Positions 50,951-63,054 of a stretch of DNA of 64,000 bases are shown here, piece after piece; the first letter of the stretch is position 1, and each line of letters starts with the position of its first letter. Made by a program: the position numbers and the translations under genes. The stretch comes from the human T2T-CHM13v2.0 reference genome, Homo sapiens. The notes under the pieces are model-generated. The model was not told the DNA's origin. It did no database searches and saw only the letters and a list, made by a program, of their open reading frames with translations. The stretch lies in the NCBI RefSeq assembly GCF_009914755.1, contig NC_060927.1; one strand, 5' to 3'.

Positions 50951-53900
50951 ACCTAGAATACTATCACAGGAATATTAATGCAGCTAGTTCTTCTTATTGT
51001 GGTTCATCTTCTGGGATTAATATAGGTGCTAAAACAGCTATGTGTGCTCTAGATGGTAGAGAAGCCACACATGCTTTTCCCTGATTTGCCAATGGTTTTG
51101 TATTTCAGTTGGGAAATTAAAATATTGAACTTTCAAAGACTTCAAATTTCTTTCAAACATTGGCAGAAGGTTAACAACACAGATGCTTTTCTGGCCTTAG
51201 GTCAGATATATTTACGCCACACATGATGATCTTTGGAAACTTTACCCAAATTACTGTTGAAAATTGTTTATTTCAGAACTAGGGCAACCAGATCCACCCT
51301 TTGTCTCTTGAGTGGGAGCAGCTTTGTTTTGCAAAGGCAGTGGCTAAAAAGGACCAGACCTTTCCATCAGCTGTTTGGTCATTGTATTTTTTAGTGGAAT
51401 TATAGCATTGTACAATATTTTTCTTTGCAGCCCAAACATTGAGCAAAGCCAGACATCCAGAGATGCTAAAATGAAAAATCTGTTTCTTCTTGCTTTGCCA
51501 CTTGCCAGGTGAACTCTGTCAGACACCACATCCTATACATCTCAAGTAAACAAAATTATGCTTAATGTGTTGGCAACATCTGTCACAAACACTCTTCAGC
51601 CTATGGCTTAAATATATTAAGTTGGAGTGGATTTGACAGTGTATTTAATAAGTCAAAGTTACGGTTGTGGATACTGGCTTTGCCATGCTAACCATAAGGC
51701 TTTTCTTTTCTTCTTTTGTATTTATTTATTTATGTCATATACAATACAAAAGAGATTCTGTAGTTTTAAATAAGCAAAGTGGCTGGCAAACTCCCCCTTT
51801 GCTGTAGGTAACCAACACTAAACCTCTCTAAGTTGTCTGTCCCAGACAAAGTATCATTAAGAAAATTCATTTCTCCCAGGAGTTCCTATTAGTTACTTCC
51901 AGTTTACTCCCTGACTGTACATTTCTTCCATTCCCTTAAGATTAAAAAATTTGTATTCTTAATAATTTGTAGGATTGTTTTCACTGAATGTTTTTATTGA
52001 ATGCAAACAAGACTCTAGATTCTTACATATCCTTCCCCAAGAATCCTTATTTTATTTTTTATTTATGTGCAATAACTGATCTGCTTAGAAAGAACTGTTC
52101 ATTTATGTGCAGTAACTGGTCTCCTTACATTATTTTCCACTCTGTGCCTAGTGTTGCTATTTACAATTCCAATTAATGATAAATCCCTTCTTACTTTTCC
52201 CTTTGATTGTCAGGTTTCTGGTTTATACACAGAAGCAACACTCACTCTATGACATCTGTAATCAAATGAGTCCCCAAATACTGCTTTCAATGAAAAGATT
52301 CTGAAAGAGACCAGACAATTCTTCCAAAATTAATTCCAAGTGCAGGCATTCGATCCTTCTCATCATGCATGAATTTTGATTGTTCTGTCACATGCTCACC
52401 TACCTCATCTGCATATTGCCTTTAAAAAAAACACACCCCTGGGGAATGAGACAACCTCCAGGGTATTGAGAAGAAAGTATCCTTACCAAACGCAGTTTGG
52501 TTTTTATCTCTGATTTACATGAATGATCCTTTTTGTGGCTAGAGCAAGCTGTTTAGAATTGAGGGGTTTCTGGGATTGTGACAGTTTAGCTGCATGTTGG
52601 AATGTCTAAGGGCAAATATTCTAAAAAGATAACCTGTCTTGAGTTCAAGAAGAGAATCGAAGTCTTGCAGCTGCTAAGCATTAGAATGTTGTCAAAGTGC
52701 CACTTTTTGGTTGAAAAAAAAAAATGCTTCAGGACTTCCATCTTAACTCTGAGGTTATTCTATAATTTATCCCTAGGTGATTTAAGAAGAACCCTTGTTC
52801 TTCTTAAAGTGTTTACTTCTGGTCTGGCACAACAAATACCTGAAATGAAGGCCAGTAAGTATTTTTTAAAAAAGGAAAACAATAAAGATGGTTTTGTTAA
52901 AAAGATTCAGGCAGCAGAAAGAAAAGTGATGTGTCTCTGAATTATAATTAAGTAAAAGCTTATCTTATGTTTCTCATTTAAGAGGCATCCTGATGAATGA
53001 CAATGCACAGAAGCATCGAGAAATTCAAACAACACAAATGCACAATTGTGTATATTTACAAGCTACAGACCTTTAAAATAACAGACATGTTTTCTGATTG
53101 ATTCCTACTGAAAAGCCTAAATGTCTTTGTGAACAAAGCTGGCCCTGTATATCAAGCATTTCCAAATATTTGGCTCAATTTCTATTATCTCTGAAAATTA
53201 ATGGGGAGGAGCCCACAGAGAAGGCAGAGTGATAGCCTGATCTTTTTCACAGATATAGTCAGGAAGTTGAATTTCGATAATACCAGGAAGAATTGCTTAG
53301 TTTGAGCAAAAGCATTTTAGGAAACGCGCAGTGGGTAATTAGTTTGGGTGCCGAGATCTGGCCATCTACATGCATCTGTCCAGTGAGAAAAATAATGTTT
53401 AGGGAAATAATTTATTCAGATACATAATCATTTGATCATAACTGAGTATTTAAATGGGTTGTTATAAAATATGTTTCTACTTTTATCACAATCTTTAAAT
53501 AAACATTGAAATTATATACTCTCAAAGATTCCATCCAATTCAAGCTTTTTAAGTTTGTTTTTTAAAAATATTTTTCCTTCTCCAAGTTAATTACTGCAAG
53601 GAAAGTAGCAGGGTAGAGAAAGAGAAATGGAAGGATAAAATGACTTAGCTCCATTCTTCACTCACCATATGACACTTTGCATATGGATGGAAGTTTTTTA
53701 AAATGTCTGTAATTTCTTTTATCCCCAACAATGATAATAAATCAAAAGACATATTCTAGACATCCACTTTTCTTAACATCTGATTTAAAAGTTGACACTT
53801 TTGTTTTTAAAAAAAAATTGTGGATGGACATAAAAATTTGACCAGCTCTAACAGAGTTTGGTATTCTGTCTTGTGTCTAAAATATAGATAGATAGAAAAC

Positions 53901-54489
53901 AGGTCAAAAGGTTAGGAGGAAAACAAATGGGAAATAGTAATTTCGATTTTTAGATTATCAATGATAGATTTTAATATGTCCTTCAAAGAGATCCAGTTCA
54001 GAAACCCATGTGGGCCAGCATTATCCCTCTTAGTGGTAGATTGTATTGGGGTGACTAAGAATTATGTATGTATTAATAAGTAATAGATAAATGACATAAA
54101 CCAAGTCTTATCAAATAACAAGAAAATTAGAGAATTTCCACTAATGTTCATATGTTTCAGTCAGAGAAGTTTATATTTAGAACAGTGGGCAAGAGGATAT
54201 AGATGATTTTCAATACATTCTACCTCAAAAAATGAAAATGTAAGTGACATATTTTAGACACATCACAGGTAAATTACCTCAGAAGAAAGGAAGATGTTAA
54301 TGCCATCTATTCAGACAAGCACAAAATGACATGAATGGACATAAAAATTATATACAGTTGAATTTAGCCTTTTTAGTAAAAAAGTAAAAACATTTGATGT
54401 TCACACATTTACAATTTACAGTGTTTATTTGTAAGAAGTCTCCTTCCTTGTAGGATATATTTTCAAATGGACATTGTATATGCTTGTAG

Positions 54490-54600
54490 GGTGCTGTGAT
54501 TACACCAACCATGGACCATCCCATGTCAATGCAGCCAGCCAACATGATGGGCCCACTGACACAGCAGATGAATCACCTTTCGTTGGGCACAACAGGAACG
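54490..54600 (+). CDS. RBMS3: RBMS3 coding exon (probable exon 11), 111 nt, phase 0-0: [37 protein letters not shown]
   Basis: Acceptor TGCTTGTAG, donor ACG|GTGAGT. 37 open codons with the RBMS family HLSLG motif. Confidence 0.97.
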
Positions 54601-55489
54601 GTGAGTTGAAGAGATTGTTTTGTTTCCTTGAACTTTTTTGATCAGATGTGACATTCTCCATTTTTACTGGCATTATCAGTGAAACTGTGTCTGTACCATA
54701 TTCGTTGACTAACACATCTTTCAGGTTTCAGTATGAATAAGCTGCATTCTGCATGTATGTTCAGTTCCAGGGCACATGTACTCACAGTGGCAAGGCTAAA
54801 GTTCTATTGTGTCATTCAGTTACTTCTTGTTTTTTATGGTACAATGTACCAGATGTAATGTCTGTTTTTGGAAAGGTGTCCTTTTTGTATGCACCTGCAA
54901 ATCTAGACCCTTTGACTTAATATACTCAATCCTGGTTTTCTCTTCCCAGCTGCTTACCAGCTCAGCTACTATATTATTAGCAGGTTATACACAACTGAGG
55001 GGCCAGATCTATGACTGATACTATTAAATCAATAAAGAGTAATTGAGGTATAATCGAGTTCTTTTAATCCTTCTTTCTGATATGTTGATATGGATGATGT
55101 TGAAAAGAAGGAAGGGAACCTAATGTGCTTGATTTTTTCTTATAGGTTGTGATATTTTTGACTAGTCATCTTTCTCCTCAGAGAACAAAAGTGTGCTGAA
55201 AAATGCCTATTGCAGCCTGGATTTTGTATCAATGAGGCATTTTAAATCATAAGAAAAACTTTGTTTGATTTTTTTAAAAGATAATTCCCCAAATGTTCAA
55301 GGAGGCAAAAGCCTAATACAATCTAGAATACTGAAACTTCATTAGTTGCCATTACAGAGAACAATGAAACCATGAAACCTAACCACTCATGTGACACCTT
55401 CAGTAACAGTTTTATTTTCGTAAATGTTAGTGCAGATAATCTTGTCATTTAACAAAACATAGAAATAAAAATATGTTTTCTTTTGACTG

Positions 55490-55680
55490 AGGCAGCTTAA
55501 ATATTGTAGAAAGAGCACTGGACTAGGAGTCAGAAATCCTAGATATAAAACTTGCGTAAGCCCTGTAGTTTCTGTCAATTTTTGGGAAAATAATATCTCT
55601 AGTCTGAATTTTTTCTCTATATAGTTGAAGTATTAAACTTGATCATATATGGGTCCCTTTGAATATTCAATTCTGTATTT
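55490..55680 (+). mobile_element. MIR fragment
   Basis: GTAGAAAGAGCACTGGACTAGGAGTCAGAAATCCT. Confidence 0.7.
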
Positions 55681-57149
55681 TTAAGCCTATATGTCTTACA
55701 GTTACCACCTCTGTGATTCTTCAATTATGCTGACTCATTCTCCAAATATCTATGTACAATATGCACACTAGTTGTGTATCAGGAATTTTACCCTATAGCA
55801 ATGGCTTGCTTGCCAAATAAATCTTGTTGACTCATGGGCTTTTAAGAATATAAGAAGTTACTGGCATGTCCACTGAGAACTCACTAATCTGTCCTAAATA
55901 GGAAGAAAGTCAATATAATTTAATGGAAAGAGCCACATTCTTTCAATAAAGAAATTTTAGTTTTAGTAACATAAACAAAGTGCCTATCACTAAGATCTCA
56001 GTTGCAGAACCTGTAAAAAGCAGTCGATGGTAACTTACCTGTCTGAATGCTTGGGCTGGATCAAATGATCTCTTAGGTTTCTCACCTACACTTTTAGAAA
56101 TCGTGTCTAAGATATATTTAACTATATGCTGTGGTACAGCTAATTTTCATCATGGAGATAGAGCTTGAAGACAATATTTTATTGCTTTTATCAAAGAATT
56201 ATTTGTAATTATTTTGTGCGTTACTAATAAGCAGGTCCTAGGAATAGTATCAGAAGGCCTGCAGTTTCTTATTTTTATTAATATATTGTAGATTTCCCTC
56301 CATATCAGCCTTCGTGTCCTTCAGTGATCATAAATTCTGAATAAGTGATGTAATGTAATTTTACCGTATTGAATAACAATCTGGAATCTGATTAAAGAGA
56401 CAATTATAATGCAAAACATAGAAACTCTTTAAAATTTTTACTCATTTGGTTCAAAAGTAAAGCCAACTGACTTGCTAAAATTTAAGTTTGCAAACTAGTA
56501 GAAATATAAGAGCTAGTTAACTAAGCATATGACTGAATCCTTTAGGGAATTAAAAAAATAAGCTAAAAGACACAGAACAGACTCAGAATTAAAATAGTTA
56601 TTGATTCAATAACATATATTATGATTTTGTATTTGAGCATTCCAACAAGAACACATTTGTAAGGGACCATGACTTTTAGGCAGCTGGTGATAGCCAAATG
56701 ATTCAGTAATAATATATAACATTCTCTTTCTTAGAGAGTAAAAGTTTTAAGCATATGATTTATTATTAATACCAAATTTCCACTAGCTTTTTTCTTTTCA
56801 CCCTTTACATTTGTTCTAAATAATGCTTAGATACATTATAAGATTTGCATTACCTGATGTTATGGAAAAGTGTAAAATTTAGTAAGGTTTAGAAGAGGTA
56901 GAGAGAAAACAGAATTACTTTGTTGATTCGTTTAACAAAATATAATTAAGTGTGGTTGGTGTCCAGAATATTGTTATATTGTTTTCTTAGACTGTCACTC
57001 TAATTCTTCGATATGCCTTCATAGATTCATTTTATCTGAATTTTGATTGGCATTTGGAGTGACTATTATCCAGTTGAGGTTGATTTTGGAAAATCAGATT
57101 TTTCTACCTTATTGCATCTTTCCAACATTTTCATTGATGGGGAAGGAAT

Positions 57150-57390
57150 CCTGGCATCATGGAAAGATCAGTTGGCTTTGTTTTTAAACTTGAGTTCAAA
57201 ACCTGACTTTGTTCCCTTATTAGCTCTGCATGTTTAGGCAGGTTACTTAACCTCTCAGAACTTTCTCATTTTACAAAGTGGGAAAAATAATGCTTACATC
57301 CCAGAGATGTTGTGAGTGTTAATGAAATGACAATATGCAGCATATCTTATACAGTGTGATACCCAGTATGTGCTTCTCAAATGAGCTGCT
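57150..57390 (+). mobile_element. MIR
   Basis: TGAGTTCAAAACCTGAC...TAGGCAGGTTACTTAACCTCTC...GTTGTGAG. Confidence 0.75.
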
Positions 57391-57560
57391 CATACCCTTC
57401 ACCTCCAGTGGCTTCTAACTGGTGGGAGTCTAGTTTAGGTAGCCAGAAGTGATGTAACACACAGTAAAATCCATGGTATAAATCACTTACCTGCACTATT
57501 TCACTTGATATAAATAATTTCTTTAACGTCTCCATTTCTTTGGCTGCTAACATTCTCTTT

Positions 57561-58034
57561 TAAGGTAGCAAATTCAAAAGCCTGTAGAGTCCAGCCAAGT
57601 CATATTAATGAATGAAGTGGATCAAGTTCAAACAAAAACCCTTGGAAATATATAATCAATTTTTAAATATTTGCCTATATCATAAACATACTCATACTAT
57701 ATAAACATATATGACATTGGAGATTATATTTTAGAGAAGATGTATTTTCCATGCAATAATAATACTATCTCTGCCTGAGTTTTGGGCAAATAGAAGTGAG
57801 AGGTGGTGCCTTTGGCAGCCTGAAATATGGATGCCTTGTCTGAAGAGGACAGCCACTATTCCATTGGTAGTACAGCTGTTGTGATGGCTATTGCCACATG
57901 GACATACAGACCCAGGGTGGTCTCACTTTCCAACTTTTAAAGATAAGCTGAATTCTTGAATTTTGATTTGAAATTTCTCCATATTTAAATATTGGGTCCA
58001 GTTTGTCCCAAGAACTCCCAGTTTGTGACTCCTG
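57561..58034 (+). mobile_element. MER102-like hAT element
   Basis: GCAAATTCAAAAGCCTGTAGAGTCCAGCCAAGT...ATGCCTTGTCTGAAGAGGACAGCCACTA...CCAGTTTGTGACTCCTG resembles the recalled MER102 consensus. Confidence 0.65.
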
Positions 58035-58079
58035 CCCAAGGTTTTTCTGGTTCTCCTCAGACCTCTCTGGCCATTCCTT

Positions 58080-58730
58080 CTTCTCTTCCTGCACAGATTG
58101 GTAAGCCAGAGCTTCATTTTTAACATACTTATGCCACATGATTTTCGTAAGCAATCTCATTCAGTCTCATGGTTTTAAACCCTGGCTTCCACGTTGACTC
58201 CTAAATCTCAGTCCCCAATACTAACCTCATCTAATAATTTGAGACTCATTTATCCAACTACTTGCTACATATCTCCATGGAAATCTCCCTCAGACATCTC
58301 AAAGTCACCATGACCCAAACTAATCTCATGAGCTTTCCAGAACTTTCTTCTAACTGAAACCTGTTCCTCTTGTGTGTTTCTGCTCCCTGTTTCCCTGCAA
58401 GCTAATGACATGACCATTTTCCCTGTAGTCAAACCATACATCTAAGACCCAATCAAGACCCTTTCCTTCTCCCTCACCACCATACACAATTACTTTTCAA
58501 GTCCCACTGATTTTCTCTCATAGACATTGGTCAAATACATTCTTTCTTCTACATTTCTGGAGTCTCTGCCCTGGGACTCATTTGATAAACTGTAATAGTT
58601 TCCTAACCGTTCTTCCTGCTTTCAATTTCAATTTGCTCCAATCCATTCTCTACCCTGTTGTCACAGGTAGTCAATCTAAAACTATCTGACGTCTCTCTCC
58701 TAACTGAAACATTTCAGAGGATTTCAGACA
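58080..58730 (+). mobile_element. L2 fragment
   Basis: CTCATTCAGTCTCATGGTTTTAAA...TATCCAACTACTTGCTACATATCTCCA...CAGACATCTCAAA...AATCCATTCTC. Confidence 0.75.
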
Positions 58731-59739
58731 TCTGAGCCCACAGAAATTCTGCAAAACAAGGTGTGAACAGTGACAAGTCAAGATTAAGATTAAGATAGGA
58801 TTCTAAACTCTAGAAACAGATGGGTTCCAAGGGCAGAGCAGAGAGCTATCCAGTGAATAATCTAGAGTAGGAAGTGATCAGGGCTGACGGAAGTTGTAGC
58901 TATATTGGAATTTGCCATTTTTAGAAGGGGGATCTTGAACACTGGCTTAGTCCCACTCTTCCTTTTAAAGTCCCTGGCTAAAGGAATTGTATTGGGCCAA
59001 AACCTCTTTTTCCTTTTCATGAAAGAAGATATATTCATCTCCCATGACCTCAAATTTTGAAATGAATGCCATGTAGTTTAATTAACCTTTCTCTACAATT
59101 TGCCACCTCAAATGTTTATTGTTCAATTCTCTATTTTAAGCTAGACAGAATCTGCAGGCCTCAAAAAAAAAAAAAGTGCATCTTATGCAAGCAGTGTAAC
59201 TGTTTTATTTCAGGGCTCTGCTGACCCTGAAGGATTTTCCTAGCTTTTCTACTTTTGTTTATTTTTTTGTCACAGCATTCCCTTGATGGAACCAAAGCCC
59301 CATTATCCATAACTTCTTATCACTTTATTGTAAGCTTTAGCAGAAACCACTGGAGATTTTACTGTGTTATGAGAACCTCCAAATTGCATGACAATCTTGT
59401 TTTACAAGTTTCTTATCTCCTTTTCATTTGTTCAGTTGCTGGTCACCAGTGGCTTACAATGTCACCAGAATCTGTTGGAAGAAATAAAAAGTTTTTGTTC
59501 TGCAGGTTTTGTATCTGCAGTTTGGTTTGTGTTCTCCAAGCCACTGATGATTTGTGATATCATCGAGTTCCACAGTGTAACCATAGTCACTCACAAAAAT
59601 AACCTTGTAATTGTACTCCATTTGTCCCCACAGTTCTCTAGCATTTTTCAGTCACACCACTCCTTCACTGCTCTGAAATTTTGATAGTATCAGGTGAAAA
59701 TCCTCAATTATTCAGTTTGTTTAGACATTGTTCTTTTTT

Positions 59740-61160
59740 CTGTTATTAGGTATGAATATAAATATTAAGACAGAGTTTTAAAAAGCTAACAGGATGTTAA
59801 ATGGACTCTGATTCAGGAAGCAGTATCATAAATGGTAATGAGTACATCTAAAATAGTTTTTTAGGAAAAAATATTAATTAAAACACTCAAATACAAAACA
59901 GAAAATATATCTAAAAAGGTAATAGTTTAAAAAAATTGGTTTAGTCTTACTGTAAAATGAAAGACCTTTGAAGGGAGTCTTATAAACAATAAATGAACTG
60001 GCATTAAGTGTAAGTCTAGTAGTACGAGTGTATATTTGTAAATATTACACTTTTGTTGTTTAAAAAAATGAATTCTGAATTCAAATAAATTACCGACATA
60101 GTAAAAAAGCCTCAATAGATAAAATGCCAAAGAACATGAACAGATAGTTGATAAAAGAGTAAATAGAATGCCAAGGAACATGTACAAAAATTGTAATGAA
60201 AGAAACAGAAACAGTAATTAAATATACATGTACATATATCCCATCAAATAAAGCTATCAAAATGCAGTACAAATTGCTAATGAAGGTGTAGGAAAATAAG
60301 CATTCTCTAGCACTGATTGCTTGATGATAGGAATCTAAATTTGTATAAGTACCAGTTGGATAGCAAGGTAGTCAGTCGAGATACTTCAAAACATTTATAC
60401 TGACTGACCAAGAAGTTATAGTTTTGAGAAGCTGGTCTATGGAAATATTCTAAAATAACAGAAAAATAATTATACCTCAAAAATATTTGACACGGTGTTC
60501 TTTATAATGTCTAACAAAGAAGAATAATTAAATATGCCATAATCCATCCATAAACCAGAATGTAATGCAGCATGAAATCGTAAGAGAAATAATTGGGAAA
60601 AAGTTTATTTATAATGTCAAATTTGAAAAAATGGAAGTAAGGCAGGCTGTAGTGGTTCATGCCTGTTATCACAGCACTTTGGGAAGCTGAGGCAGGAGGA
60701 TTGCTTGAGGTCAGGAGTTGGAGACCAGCCTAGATAACATAACAAGACCCCATCACAATAAAAAAAATTGAAAATTAGCTAGGCATTACATTATTGTGTG
60801 CCCTGTAGTCCAACTACTGAGGAGGCAGAAGCAGGAAGATCAACTAAGCCCAGGAGTTTGAGGTTACAGTGAGCTATGATTGTGCCACTGCACTTCAGCC
60901 TGAATGATGGAGTGAAACCCTGTCGAAAGAGAAAGAGAGAGAAAGAGAAAGAAAAAAGGAAGGAAAGATGTAAATTTGCATGTGTGGAGTTCAGTATCAA
61001 CTCTAAAGAAGTATTATAAGGCTAAAGAGAAATATAAAACAAGTGTGGCTATTTCCAGGTGATGGGATTAGGAGTAATGTCTATTTTAATCATTATGCTT
61101 TTCTACATTATCCAGCTATTCAGCAATAAACATTATTGGCTTTTATTATTTATTTTAAAA
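59740..61160 (+). mobile_element. Old L1ME-like fragment interrupted by an Alu
   Basis: CCTCAATAGATAAAATGCCAAAGAACATGAACAGATAGTT...GAAGGTGTAGGAAAATAAGCATTCTC; boundaries approximate. Confidence 0.65.
60641..60965 (+). mobile_element. AluJ (diverged)
   Basis: GGAGGATTGCTTGAGG, GCCCAGGAGTTTGAGGTTACAGTGAGCTATGATTG; (GA)-rich tail. Confidence 0.9.
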
Positions 61161-62610
61161 TGTCATAAGTATATTCTTGGAAAATGTCTAGTAGCATGGT
61201 CCAATAATTAACTTTTTTTTTTTTTTTTGGTTTGGAGTGGAAATGTGTGATTGCAATTTTTCAAAAGGTACTAGGAGTTACTACTATTATTTAAAAAATT
61301 GGAAAAACTTTTAAAATGATTCTAATTATTCTAGATTTGGGGATTATAATCAACTCAGTAGTTCAGGTATCTGTTGCAAGAAACAAAATAACTCATGTGT
61401 CTGGTTTATTTGCATTTGAATCTTTTGATCATGTTTGCTTTTGTTGCTCAAAGTGCCTTGCAATGTTCAAGTTCTAATCTGTCTTCTCACATGCCATTTA
61501 CTCAGGAGAGAGTGATTAAAATTGACCTTTTGTGGCAAGGAGATGAAAGTGAGAAATACGTGATAGTCCAAAAGTTGTCACATGGGTGGAAAAAGAAAAT
61601 TTGGGATTTTTGCTTTTAATAAAGGTCATATAAATGGAATAAGAGTCACACAAGAGGACCTATTTAACCATGTGTTGGCAGTTGATTTGAATCTAAACAA
61701 TATCAAGTTTCTTTTAGAGTTTACCCCTCCAAGGGGAGTGGGGACAAAATTAGAATTTTCCATTTTTAGAAGGGGACCCTAGGCCTATGCCATATTCCAA
61801 TCTCCTTTTTAAGATCCCTGGCTAAAGAAATTGCAGTGAGCCAAAAGCTCTTTTTTCGTCTTTAAAAAATCAGATATATTTTGTGCCATGTAACCCCTAA
61901 TTTTGAAATGATTGCCATGTAGTTTAATTAAGCTTTATCTAGAATTTGACACCTTCAATGCTAGGAGACTTGGGATAAAGATAACCGTCACGTTCAATAG
62001 ATTCTGTTCTGTGTATCTCTGCTCCCACAGTTACAACACATAAAGCTTTTTGGCCTTGAGGTGAAAGCACCTTCCGCTCTGCCTCACTGACAACCACTGG
62101 GATCAGAGCTGGAGCTGAGTAATAAATAATGAAATTTTGCCTTCAAAATGTGTTAGCCTCCATAGAATATGAGAATGTACAAATTTTTTATTTTTCTCTT
62201 TTAAATTTTAGTTCTTTCTTTTGTTCTCCAGGACTTTGTTTCGTATCATGCTCTGGGCCCCCTCTAAATGGGCTGCCTTGTAGAACTCTTTTGTCAGCCA
62301 GAGAGGGCAAAAATTTTATATTGATTCCCTAAGGGAGGTACCAAACAGGCTGTGGAAGATGACAGTGTTTCAGGAAAAACTGTACTGTCCCAGCAAGTCT
62401 AATGGGACCTAATAACATGTACAGTATTGTGGTAATAGGGACCATGGTATCAAATGCAAATGAGGAATCCTAATGCCTTTACTGCTCTAAGGCAGGGTGG
62501 GTCAGGCAACCATATGACACACAGCGGACTCTTCCACGTGTTAGGGCTGATTCTATTTTATTTTCTTTTGTACTTCATTGCATTCTTTCTCATGCTCTTT
62601 TCATTCAAAG

Positions 62611-62658
62611 ATTCAATCCCAAGACAGGATTATGATACTCCACCAGCTGTTGTGTCAG
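62611..62658 (+). CDS. RBMS3: RBMS3 coding exon (probable exon 12, cassette), 48 nt, phase 0-0: IQSQDRIMILHQLLCQ
   Basis: Long AG-free pyrimidine tract ending TTCAAAG, donor CAG|GTAGGA. 16 open codons matching the recalled RBMS3 sequence ...TTGTIQSQDRIMILHQLLCQYM... Confidence 0.9.
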
Positions 62659-62739
62659 GTAGGAAAATTCTAATTCTTTTAAGACTGGATTGGAGGGGAG
62701 AGATGGAGGTTGCCTGGTTTTTTCCCAAACTCTTTAAAG

Positions 62740-63054
62740 CAGTGATTCTCAACAGAGGTGGGTGCAGGAAATTTGAATTCCAGTTTGCAAGGGGGCATGT
62801 GTAGTTCAGAAACATAAACTTAATATTATAATTCAGTTATATATCTGGAAAATAAATGTGTTGCATTTTAAATAGAAAGTAAAAACTCAAAACCATTTTA
62901 TCTGTCAAGGATACACAGAAGATAGAGTCTGTGTTCTGTGTATCAGTGATTCTCAGTGTTAGACACAGTCATCAAATTCCTGAAAAGTGGGAAAATAATT
63001 TTATGTATAGCAAAAGACGGCACAGATTAATAAAAAATAGTTTGAGAAGCACTG
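62740..63054. mobile_element. hAT-Charlie-type MITE (subfamily not resolved)
   Basis: TIRs CAGTGATTCTCAAC and GTTTGAGAAGCACTG; 8-bp TSD CTTTAAAG/CTTTAGAG. Confidence 0.75.
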
